The position numbers were made by a program, and so were the translations under genes. From assembly GCA_045837725.1 (NCBI GenBank), contig JBEWZL010000044.1, positions 310,001 through 374,000 on the forward strand: DNA of 64,000 nt. Reading direction: 5' to 3'. Positions 39,625 to 50,804 of this stretch are shown here, in pieces (positions within the stretch are counted from its first letter, which is position 1; the number at the start of each line of letters is the position of its first letter). Under the pieces are notes generated by a model, which was not told the origin of the DNA, searched no databases, and saw only the letters and a list, made by a program, of their open reading frames with translations. This stretch comes from Vermamoeba vermiformis (lineage: Eukaryota).

Positions 39625-40878
39625 ATGGATGTAAGAACTCCTTCACAACAACAAATACAGCAAAATGCCCGCAAATAATTCTAATCACCTTTATCCTGAC
39701 AGCGGAAAGCACAGTTGAAGAATTTGATGAAGAAAGAGCGACAAGATCGCACCCAGAAGATCGATTCACCTTTAGCCAAATATCCTTTTGATTCTTATTC
39801 TCCTGAGTTATGCTATATTTATTGTCATTTTTTCTTAATTTTTGTTGCACGTATAACAGTGCCGGACAATTGTTGTGCATTCTGTGTCAAACTCCAGTAC
39901 AAGCTGACTCGCTATGGGACGCGCACTGCAAGACAAAGAAACACTTAGAGGTAAGCGATATGTTGATATATTTATTATAATACATTAAAACTGTGCTCGG
40001 GATGCTGATCCGCACAGGGCTTGGTGGCACTCAAACAAGCCAAAGCAGCCAAACAACAGAGCGGGGCTGTCAAGCGCACTGCTTCAGAGGTGCCGAGTGA
40101 GGACGAACAGCCTGTCAAGCGTGTCAAAGTGACACCTCTGAGTCAGACACCAGTCCCCGCACCTGCACCGCAAGCCGCCGAACCAGAACCCGAATCATCC
40201 GCGCTAGTGACGTACGACGAAGAAGAGCCTGAGCCCGAAGAGGTCGAAGAGAGTGGCTTGGACGCTGACACCGTGGCGCAGCTCGAGCGCGAGATGATGA
40301 GCGAAGAGGAGATCAACAAACTGATCGCACAGTCACGTGCCACACAGCAGAGCGAGGAGATTGAAGTGGAGGTCAATCTGCCTGAAGGATTCTTCGACGC
40401 ACAGCACGCTGAGAGAGCTGTCAAAACTGTCAAACAGGCACCAGCACCCACCACTGACACGTGAGTAAACGTCATGCTTGGCAACTAGGCATTGACACCT
40501 GTCAAACAGGAGTGCGGACCAGGAGTGGGACAAGTTCCAAGCGAGTCTTCCAGTGACAGGTGATGACACAGTGTCAACCGCACGCCCAGACGAGCTTGAA
40601 GATGACACGCGTCAAGACGAGGAGCCGGACATTGACACGGAGCAGATTGAAAACGAGATTCATGAAGAGCTCGAGCAACAACAGTAAGTGACACGTGTCA
40701 AATCGAGGGCTGTACTAACGGCACGTACAGGTCACTGCTATCTCGCTTGATGGAGATTAAAAAGAAAGCAGCGGAACAACTCTCGCAACCAAAAAAGGCA
40801 GTGCCCAAAGAGGTCGAAGCCAGTGACGAGGACGATGATGACGTGGATCCATTTGATTGGCGCGCTAAAGGGTTCTGA
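39625..40878 (+). CDS. ZNF830: ZNF830/CCDC16-like zinc finger protein
   Basis: Spliced IDSPLAKYNSAGQLLCILCQTPVQADSLWDAHCKTKKH, plus LPEGFFD and C-terminal DWRAKGF. Confidence 0.88.
39780..39850 (+). other. U12-type (minor spliceosome) AT-AC intron
   Basis: 5' end ATATCCTTTT, branch-like TTTCTTAAT about 11 nt before a terminal AC. Its removal restores SPLAK-YNSAGQLLC. Confidence 0.9.
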
Positions 40879-41072
40879 ACCTCTGTTTGACACGTGTTGA
40901 CATGTAAATAATTCTGAGTGACAGTCGTTTATTTGAGGCTATTATGGGCTGTTATTTGTGTCGGGCCAGGAATGCTATTGTAAACTATTGCAAAGTCTGA
41001 TTATTGATGACTGGCCTGTCAAAAGTGTCAAACTCAGTCCTCCACGCTGCGCTGGTGTGTATTCGTGCTCTT

Positions 41073-41847
41073 TTAGTTTGTCGCAAAGATCGAGGTGTCA
41101 CGCACTTCGAGGGTGCGGATCAGGTTCTGAAATAACTGCAAAGATTCAGCTGCAAATGACTGATTGGCAGTGGCGTCAATGTGGCGCGAAGAAGACGAGG
41201 CAGGATTGAGTGCTGCGGGCTCATTGAAGGTCACGAGCAGATCTGTTTGAATGGCGGGCAATCTGATCACTGCGAGATACAGATTCACGATATTTGCAGC
41301 TGATTCGTTGAACTAGTGCAAAGATTAATGAATGAAGCTATTTTTAGCGCAGTGCGTACCTTGGCGACTTGTTGGCGACCAAAGAGTGCGATCTTGACGA
41401 TGGCAGGACTGCATGGCGATTAGTAAGACTACAACAAGCTCCAGCCAGCATCGTCATGATCACAATACTACTGGGTCTATATTCAGCGCATCAGTACGTA
41501 CTCGGCAAAGTGCGGTGCCTCTTGTGGTGTGAAGGGCTGCACGGAGACAATTTCACTGACGGGACAGACATTGACAGCAGCGATCTCTTTGAAGTGATGC
41601 TGCGCGATTTGATCGTCGCTGATCGTGGGCTCATATTGCAACAGCTCTATAATCACACTTTGATCGCGCGCTGGATCTGAAAACACTTCTTGGTTGTCTG
41701 GCACTTGACGAAAATCACTGAAAAATAGTACATTAATTAGCACAGTACTATGGTGTGGCTAGCGATGGCTGCGCACCTCACGTCGTCAAATCTGGTTGGA
41801 ACTGCGGCAACAAGAGCACCTCCGAATAATTGTCTGAGATCTGTCAT
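41073..41847 (-). CDS. MOG1: Ran guanine nucleotide release factor Mog1
   Basis: MTDLRQLFGGALVAAVPTRFDDVSDFRQVPDNQEVF...DQSVIIELLQ and LAVIRLPAIQTDLLVTFNEP. Confidence 0.92.
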
Positions 41848-41849
41848 TG

Positions 41850-41857
41850 TTTGGCGC
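41850..41857. promoter_or_regulatory. E2F-like site TTTGGCGC in the MOG1/ORC2 divergent promoter
   Basis: Matches TTTSSCGC between head-to-head MOG1 and ORC2. The motif is short and could be chance. Confidence 0.3.
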
Positions 41858-42064
41858 TGTGTTGTGGTAGCAAATTGTGCTGAGTTAATAAAGCAGTGGT
41901 TGTGCTGCTATTTAAGCGTGAAAACAATAAAAGTTGTTGAACGATTTTTTGTGTCTTTTTCTTGGCCAGTTGCGCGCCTTTTTATTTGAATAGTTTGTTG
42001 CGACCACCACAACTGCGGCTACTAACACTGCGTTATAGCACAGACTAACCACAATTAAACAAAT

Positions 42065-43778
42065 ATGTCAGATAAACGTAAAGTAAGTGCGATCCAAATT
42101 CTAATTTCATTTGGATATTATAATATAACCGATAAAATATTGTGAATATAAAATATTAACTTAAATTGATAAGAAAATTCGTGTAAAAAAATCAGCGGTG
42201 CCAGATCTGCTCGATCTCGATGACGATGAAATAGAAGAGAAATTGAAGTCAAAAAAAGAGCCAAAAATAGCTTCACCTGGCCGTCGATCACGTGCTAGCC
42301 CTGGTAGAGCACTCAAAGCCACCAGCCCTGGCAAGTCACTCGCAGTCAAACACACGGCCGAGAACAAGAGCACCTCAGATACCAAATTAGGCAAGTCAAA
42401 AACAACGGTCAAAGGTGATTCAGCTTCCAAAAAAGGTACACAAACAGAATTACCAAAAAAGGAAATCACTTCTGCAAACAAGAAACGGAAGCGGGAGAGT
42501 GACGCGTCGGAGGAGTCACCGGCACGCAAAAAATCACGTGTCGCGCACGAGTCAACAGATGACACGCGTCTAATGTCAGATGTCTTCGTGTCAATTGAAC
42601 CCTTCGACGAACACGCTGAACGACACGTGTCAGAGTCAGACTCGGACGACGGCGGAGAAACTTCGTACTTCGATCGACAACAGACCACAAGCTCAGGTCA
42701 CACTTTGACAGGTGTCAAACTGCTCGACTCCAAAGAAGTGCACGCGACTGTCAGTCAACTGCGCGACACGCACCAAATGGAGAAAGAGGCCCTGGTTGAG
42801 AGCTATCGCGATCAGTTCCCACAGTGGTGGTGTCAACTGCGGTGAGTACAGCACTCATTGTGACACGTGTCATTGACTGACCACTGATGTAGATCTGGAT
42901 TCAATCTCCTCTTCTACGGACTCGGCTCCAAGAAACAGCTGCTCGAAGACTTTGCAAAAATTTACTGCAAAGACAATCCGCTGATTGTAGTGAACGGCTA
43001 CTTTCCTAATTTGACCGTGAAGGCGATACTGAATGCGCTGGTGACCAAAGTGCTGAATGTGAGTGACGCGAGTGTGAATGCGCAGTTCAAGTCCGTTCAT
43101 GAACAGATCGAATATTTGCAGCACATCTGGGCCAAGCACGAAGAGATTCGCAGTCCGCGCGTGAAACATCGTCTGCACAAGCACGCCAAGCTGTACCACG
43201 ACGTGCCAGACCGCATCTACTTGCTGCTGCACAACATTGACGGCGCTGCTCTGCGGACCCCTCGCGCGCAAGAGCTGCTGGCACTGCTGGCACACATCCC
43301 ACAGCTGCACCTCATGGCCAGCACCGATCACCTCAATGCCGCGCTGCTCTGGGACAATCGTCAACTCGATCGATTCAATTGGCTCTGGCTGCACGTGCCC
43401 AGCTATGCGCGGCTGCAGAGCGAGACCTCGTACGAGGGCCAGATCTCCGATCAGTTCGCTGCGCGCAGACCTGGGGGACGCCGCGGGGCCCTGCAAGTAC
43501 TGCAAACATTGCCTGATAAGGCAAAGCAGATCTTTGTCGTCTTGGCGCGCAGTCAGCTCGCAGATCCGCAGTCACGTGGCTTAGAATTCGAGCAATACTT
43601 GGCGCAGTGTCAAGAGCAGTTCTTGACGAGCACGAGTACTGTATTTAAAGCGACACTAGGCGAGTTCGTGGACCATCAACTCATTCAGATGAAGCGCGGG
43701 GCTGATGGCGCGCTGTACTGCAACACTCCACTGCACGCTTCGACCTTGAAGCAGATCTTGGAAGAAATCGAGCAATAA
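42065..43778 (+). CDS. ORC2: Origin recognition complex subunit 2
   Basis: QFPQWWCQLRSGFNLLFYGLGSKKQLLEDF, VVNGYFP, LLLHNIDGAALR, LMASTDHLNAALLWD and LGEFVDHQLI. Confidence 0.95.
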
Positions 43779-44004
43779 CATTGGTTTCAATTGTAAATAT
43801 GCCTGTTGTACTATAAAAAATGTGTAAGCGAAAAAATTTTCAGAATTCAAGACTATTGGATCACTATTTTATCAAATTTACTTTGTTTTTTTTTTTTGGA
43901 TCAAACCGAATCATCTTATTGCGCTGCTGTATACTACGAGCAGCATATGTCATTAGTATGCATATGATTAACTAGTTGCAAGATGAGAACTTGATCCAAC
44001 AAAC

Positions 44005-45824
44005 ATGAACCCAAACGAACAATTAATAACAGCAGATAATACCAGCGCGCAATCCAATAATAGCACTGAATTAAATATAGAGCCCAGCGATCAGCAGGTA
44101 CGCATTAGCAGCGTGTAGATTTAATTACGAATTATTTAATAATTATGACGTTAATTTTAATTCAAATGCTCGTCTTTGATTATTTTCTTACGCGCGGCAA
44201 TGTCATGACCCGGCGCTGTACATAAGAGTGCATAATAACAGCTCTGACCCCTTGATTGCAGCTCGATCAGAGTTCAGATCTGCTCCTCGACGAGTTTTTG
44301 ATGACAGCGCTGCGCAGTGTCAAAGACCGACCTGCACTGCTCAAGATTGAACTCGAGATTGAACGCTTCGTGCAGGACACTAGGTACGCACGGCACTTAC
44401 TATTTTAGGCAAGTCACTGACCAATCGCGTGCAGTCAAAGTCACGTGACATTTCCACCCATGTCGTCCTATCACCGACTCATGGTGCACAAAGTCGCGCA
44501 CCACTGGGGACTGCAGCACTTGACAGGTGTCACTCAGACGTCCGGACCACAACCTGCCAAATATGTACGTGTCGAGCGCGGCGCGGTCACTGTGGCACCG
44601 CTGTTCAAACTGCGCGAACTGTGCGAGAGTGACGTGTCAACGAGCACTGTGACACCTGTCAACACGACACCCGCACCAACACCTGTCACTGCACCTGTCA
44701 AAGTCAGTCCTGGACCTGTCAAACTGCTGCTCCGACGCAACATGAGCACCGAGGCCAAAAATAGCTCAACCGGTGCACCACAGAGTGGCACTTCATTGCC
44801 AAATCAGGCAAGTGCAACACGTGATCAAGCGAGTGATTCGACCAATCAGAACTCGCCCAGTTTGGAAGAGCGGGAAGCCGCGTATGCCAAAGCACGTGCT
44901 CGAATTTTCAGTGAACAACAGGCCCTAGAGAATGCAGCGAATAACAACAATTCAGTGAACAACGGTTCAGTGAACGGCGCCAATGACAACACCTCTGTGA
45001 GCGCTGCAAATGGCAACAAAGTGTCACACGACGACGATGAGTGGTACGATGCCAACGACTTGCCTAATTGGGAAGAGGACGAAGCAGCGGAATATCGCCG
45101 AGATCTCAGCGCGAGATACAACCCCTCCTCGATGAGTCACGTGACACGACCAGCCCTGGTAGAGCAACTTGATCGACTGCAACTGAATGACGCGACACGT
45201 GTCACGAACGTCAAACCCGCAGCTGCACTGATGACACGTGTCAATGCTCCATCAGCACAAGAACAAGTTGCTAAATTAGGACATATTTTAGAGGTCACTG
45301 GCCTCGCTGACGTAACCTCCGCACCTTATTTGGAAGTTGTCAATCAACTCAAAGACGTTGCCACAATTAAGCAACTTCCTAAAAAGGAAGGTCAACCTCC
45401 ACGCGTGGTAGCCATATTTGGCAGTTCCACTCAAGCTCAGAATACGATGGAGTCTTTCAATGCGCGGAATAATTCCGTCAAACTGCAGACCATGACTGCG
45501 CGGGTGACACCTGTCAACGTGTCATTCAACAGCCAAGCTCCCAACAAAAGTGTCAATCGACCTGTCAATCCTCGACCCGCACCCAACCCCGCCTATTCTC
45601 AGCCCTATTATCCGAACCCCACAATGACACCTGTCACTCAGGGTTATCCTTATCAGCAGTACTATCCGAACCCCATAATGACACCTGTCAACCAGGGCTA
45701 CCCAGTCAACTACCACCCCGCCATGTACGCACAGTATCCCCCGAACACGGCGCCGAATCCCGCGATGTACCCGCCCTATTACTACCCGAACCCGCAGTAC
45801 TACACGAACACTGCCCCGAAATAA
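44005..45824 (+). CDS. R3H + SUZ domain RNA-binding protein with Y/P/N/Q-rich tail
   Basis: FPPMSSYHRLMVHKVAHHWGL (R3H) and SLEEREAAYAKARARIF (SUZ). Confidence 0.88.
45606..45703 (+). repeat. Two-copy 54-bp-period coding tandem repeat (YYPNP[T/I]MTPV[T/N]QGYP), each copy carrying TGACACCTGTCA
   Basis: Motif copies at 45625 and 45679 have near-identical flanks. Confidence 0.8.
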
Positions 45825-45979
45825 CTTCTGTACAGCTCAGTGACACGTGTCACTCACCGTCTTGTAATAAACTTTTGTATTTGACGCAGTGGCGTGTTAC
45901 ATACAATTTTAGTTGCTAGATCTGGATGTCAAATTACAATGTGCTTGCTAGGCCCCTAGTCTCGCGGAATATGCTGCAA

Positions 45980-47084
45980 TTAGAGCTGCACAGTCTTGGC
46001 GTGTTCCCAGCCCTTCAAATAACCACGTGACACGCTGTAACGGTTCTGTTCAAAGTGTTCGAGTGCTTGGCGCTGGTCCGTGACGCCCTTGTACTGCCAG
46101 GCCTCGCTGAGCTGTGGTCGTGTCCAGCCCCACACTGCCAGACCTGCAGTCCACGCCCACGCACCCAGCACGGGCACCTTGTGTGTGCGCCACAACTTCT
46201 GCGACAAGAGCGTGGCACCAGTCAAGTAGATGACAGGACCGAGCCACACTGCTGCTTGGCCAAAGCTCTCTGCGCGGGGCAGCAAGGTGGCCTCGCGATA
46301 GCTGAACATGCGGTGATATTGTGGCGGGTCATTTTGAGGGGCGAGATGGGAGGCGTAGATCGGGGCTCCGGGGGCTGATTGGAGGGGCACGTACGACGGA
46401 TAAGTGGTGGTGAGCGGCGCAGTGGATTGGTTGTCGAGTTGATATTCAGCGCTCTGGGGCTCGAGAATGCTTTGACTCGGATTTGCTTTGTTGTAACGCA
46501 CCACCACCTGCATGGATGAATTAGTATATTATTAATGACATGAATAATGTGGTGCTATGTTGATAGAAAATATCGTTAATAATATCAGTGAGTTTATTTG
46601 GCGGAGATGCATTTCCATAAAGATAAATAATTAAAATAATTATTAAATAAATCCTGAGAATAGTAATTACCTTGTTGTTATTGTTGATTAAGCTAGAGAC
46701 AAATTTTACAGAAGTTCCTCGTGACAAGAAATGGAAAGGCAGCGCATCTTGAGTGCGGGTTTTAATTTTGCTGAAGTCGTAGTGTTTGATACCAATCGCA
46801 TCATTCACGTGCACGTCATTGCTGCCGCTATCAGTTTTGTAGCTGTAAATAATGCGTGGGGCGTAACATTGCTCCTCGAGTTGAATCACATCTGTCTTCA
46901 ACACCTGACCCTCAACGCGCACCCAATCACTATTGTTGTTATTATCGCTGCTCTTGCTGTTGAATGGCCATGCTTGCGCGAGTTGCAGCTTGCCCATGTA
47001 ATCAGCGGCTTTGCGCGCATAGTAGGGCACGCCGATGTAGCCGAACAGACCCAAGCCAATCAAACTTGCAGATACGTGAGCCAT
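45980..47084 (-). CDS. Membrane protein with DUF3592-like domain, 2 exons
   Basis: N-terminal TM, then WVRVEGQV...YAPRIIYSY...VVVRYNKANPSQSIL (intron 46508-46670), then C-terminal hydrophobic segments. The start could instead be 47207. Confidence 0.6.
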
Positions 47085-47261
47085 ATTTAATGAATAATAT
47101 GTGTTGCAACCACTGAAGGCTAATAGATATTTGTTGCTAGCTGTTGATCCACTGGGTTCCTGGTCCCGAAATAAATGTCGGGAACGCTCCCGAAATCTTT
47201 CCCGCAATTTATATGCAACTAGCGGATCGGATTGAGATTACATTTACTACATACATACACG

Positions 47262-49121
47262 TTATTGGTCCCACACAGATCGTTTCGGTTCTTCAGGCAC
47301 TTTCACTGCTTCAGATGTACCATTCGATTCTGTGTTGTTCTCTTGCGTAGTGTTGTCAGCAGTGTTGTTATCAGCGGTGTTGTTATTGGCATTGTTGTTA
47401 TTATTGGCGGTGGTATTGGCACCATTGACCACATTCAACAGCGCAGATTCAGTCGTTACAGGCAAGTGTCCCATGAGGATGTCCTTGATCCGCTTCAACT
47501 CCGCGACTGCGAGGTAAGTGGCATCGTTCAAATTAGGCAATGTCAGCAACTGACTCTGCAAGCACGTGACAATGCTGTCGATGCGTCCTGCCACATTCTG
47601 CTGCACCCCCTTGAGCTGCGTCACCTCTTCTTGCAGCAGTTCACTCGCGGTCTTCACGCGCTTCGTGCTGGCACTGGCACTCGACACCACGGGCTTGTCT
47701 TTCTTGGCGGCTGCGAGGGGGTGTGCGAGGGGGTGCGCGTCCTGTGCGGCGACAGGAGCAGGCACGGTGCTGCGCTTGTCAGGCAGGGGCTGCACAATGC
47801 TCTGATTGCGCGTGAGTGCGAGGGCGTTCTCGATGAACGGCACCACGTCCTCGACAGGCGGGTACTTGAGCAGTCGTTTGAGACACGCGCTGTAGTCCAT
47901 GTGCAGCAACTGCTCGCGGATGTAGATGAGCATTGCCGCAGCGAGGTAGTCGAGCAGTGTGTTGCGCGCGTCATAGGCAAACACCGCATCCCACAGCGTG
48001 AGCACGTCCTCAAAGTGGAACTCGCGGCCAAACAGCAGCTTGACCCACTTGATCATGTACAACTGCGGCTCAATGCCCAGCTGTGCCATGTGTCGCGCCA
48101 GCTGTGCGTCGTGCTTGGCGAGCAGCGTGTCCTGCACCTCCGCACTCTTCGCGATGATGGCATTGCCGCCGCTCTTGCTCACCGTGTAGTAGTCGCGCTG
48201 TCGCTGCATCAGACCACTGAACAGCGCGTAGGCATCGTGCTCCAGCTGTGTGCGGGGCAGCAGTTCGTGCACGGCCTCGTCGCTGCTCTCGTGCCGCTTC
48301 TCCTGCTCCAACAAGTACACCACATTCGCGAGCAGTTCGTGCATGCCCTGTCGATAGCCGAGCTCTGCGTGCTCCTTGGCGTACACGAACAGCACGCGCA
48401 ACATCAGCGCACGCAGCTCTTTCTGCGCGAAGAACTCGTGCTCGGGGTGCAAGCGCTCGAGATCTTGCGTGATGTCCTTCTCGAGCTCCGTGTCTTGGAA
48501 GAACTTGCTCCACGGACTGTCCGAGCCCGGGGCCAGCGGGTTGTTGAGGCGCGGATCCAACTCGCGATCACGTGACGGATTGATGTAGCTGGTGGCACGC
48601 AGCTGTTCGTATTGAGCACGTGATGCGCGCACGTGTTGCAGCAAGGCCGCTTGTACCGCGCTGCGTCTGAGCGCGACATCTTTGACAGCGGCGAGTGCCG
48701 TGTAGTCAATGGTGAGGGGTGCGAGGAAGAGGCGCCAGGCCAGTGAGCGCAGCTTGTAGTGCTTCAAACGACCACTCAGCGCCTCTTTCTTCAGCAGCGT
48801 CGGACCTGTCTCGTGCACGAAGAGCAGATCGAACTGTTCGCTGTCAGAGGTGCGGTCAGTACGCAGTGATAATACGCGTCATCATCGGTGACTATAGACG
48901 CACTGTATTCGCAGCTATCAATATTGCGTTGCAGTAGTAAATTTCCTTGACTTATTACATGCACCGCTATTTAATGGGTATTGTTGTATATCGATGCAAC
49001 CTATTTATTGCACGAAAATAGAGCGTAATATAATATAATTGCGCGTAATTTCAATTAATGAGCTGCTTTTCAAATAATATATTGTCGGATCTTACTTGAT
49101 ATCTTGTGTTACACTGTCCAT
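47262..49121 (-). CDS. TBC1D5: Rab-GAP TBC domain protein, TBC1D5-like
   Basis: LRSLAWRLFL, NNPLAPGSDSPWSKFFQD...ITQDLERLHPE, YRQGMHELLA, EHDAYALF, IEPQLYMIKWVKLLFGREF and LLKYPP. Confidence 0.9.
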
Positions 49122-49487
49122 CACGCTGAATTGTGTATCTTTATGCTGCTCGACACTATCTTTGTATTAAATTTCGCAGTCTCGCTGGAGTCGTGCTCGA
49201 GATCTGCGCTGACTGTTGCAATTTGGTTATTTTTGTCAGCACTGCTAGACGACACACTACATCTTGGACTTGACTAAACTGGATTAGTATAGTAGTGAGG
49301 TAAGATCAGACCCATCTATAAACTGGGCTCGTTGTTTGTGCAGGGGCCAGATCTGGATCCGAAACAACAAGTTTGGTGCATGTTACAAATTACACCAAAC
49401 CAATTTTAAAAAATCATATTTAATTCCTGGTATCACCTGCCAACAAACTATCATGTCCCGTATTTGAACTCACTCCAATTATTGCAG

Positions 49488-50587
49488 ATGCACCGTTTCG
49501 TATTGGGACTGAGCACTGTACTGCGCACCACAGCGACTAATAATTGCTCGCGCGCTATATTTAGACACTACTCGACGCGCAAGTCAGATCCGCTTGTCAT
49601 CAACGGCACGCACCTCGCTGAGCGCATCGTAAGTTCATTCAGCCCTCTGACCCCAGCCTCTGACCACACTTTCAGACCCAGCACGTGCGCCACCAAGTCA
49701 CTGCCTTCACTGCCGCACAGCAGCGCCGTCCTTCACTCGCCATCTATCTCTCCACGCACGCGCCCCCTGACTCGCTGCGATTCGTGGCCAAAAAAGAGCA
49801 GGCCTGTCACGTGACTGGCATTGAGTGTCACGTGATCAAATTGCCGCACGAGGGCAGCACGGCGGAGTGGCGCGAACACATTGCGCACTCGCCGCACGAT
49901 GCCGTGGTGGTGCAGTGGCCCGTGCCGAGTCAGATCGACTTTGACACGTTGACAGCTGCCATCAACCCCGTGCAGGATGTCGATGCCTTGACACCTGTCA
50001 ATGCGGGGACTCTGGCACTCGGTCAAACACCCTATCACGTGTCATGCGCTACCCTCGCCGTACACGAGGCCCTGACCGATGCTCTGCAACAACTGTACCC
50101 CGAAGTGCCACCTGCCACACTGCTGTCACGTGTGCGCTGCGTGCTGATTGGTCAGTCGGTGGTGGTGGGCAGACCACTGCTCAATTGGGCCCTCAATCAC
50201 CACTTGGGCTCGATCAGCACCATTCATCGCGACACCCCTCGCGTGATCAGTCAACAATTGGTCAACGCGCACGTGACTGACCCCCACGTGATTCCCGTGC
50301 TCATCTCCGCGACAGGAGTGCCGCACTTGCTCGTGCCCGACACTGACACGCGCGCGAGTGAGGACAAGTTGCGTGTGGCCGCGGGCCAGATCCTGATCGA
50401 CATTGGCTTTCATGTGGACCCGCGCACTCATGTCGTGCTCGGAGACTTCTCACCGCGCTGTTACGCGACATCACGTGCCTACACTCCCGTGCCTGGTGGC
50501 ATTGGGCCACTCACTGTTGCACTCTTACTGCGCAATGTCGTGGCTGCTGCCCAACTGAAAACGCGCGGCAAGGGCACTGTTGCATAG
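49488..50587 (+). CDS. folD: Methylenetetrahydrofolate dehydrogenase/cyclohydrolase (FolD family), probable mitochondrial presequence
   Basis: VINGTHLA, VVQWP, INPVQDVDAL, IGQSVVVGRPL, IDIGF and TPVPGGIGPLTVALLLRNVV. The N-terminus is Arg-rich and lacks acidic residues. Confidence 0.88.
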
Positions 50588-50697
50588 TGGAGGGAGGCAA
50601 TTGCAGCACAAGAGTTCTCGTATTCGGAGCCAAATGCATCACGTACGTGGAGCGCATCCTCCTGCGTCGATCTTGCAATGTAACGGCTAGCTTGGAA

Positions 50698-50710
50698 TTT
50701 GCGCGGGAAA
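50698..50710. promoter_or_regulatory. E2F-like element TTTGCGCGGGAAA upstream of Cdh1/FZR1
   Basis: Overlapping TTTGCGCG and GCGGGAAA (reverse complement TTTCCCGC) about 95 nt before the ATG of a cell-cycle gene. Confidence 0.35.
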
Positions 50711-50804
50711 CAATCAACAAAAGCTGACAAGGCATTCTACGCACAAACAACACGCGAGTAGCACACACGAGTAGACGAGAGCAGCGCAGCTTGTAACGGC
50801 CATC

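Noticed and set aside
47232-48575. 447-aa plus-strand ORF
   Set aside because: It is the antisense shadow of the GC-rich TBC1D5-like exon and has no recognisable motifs.
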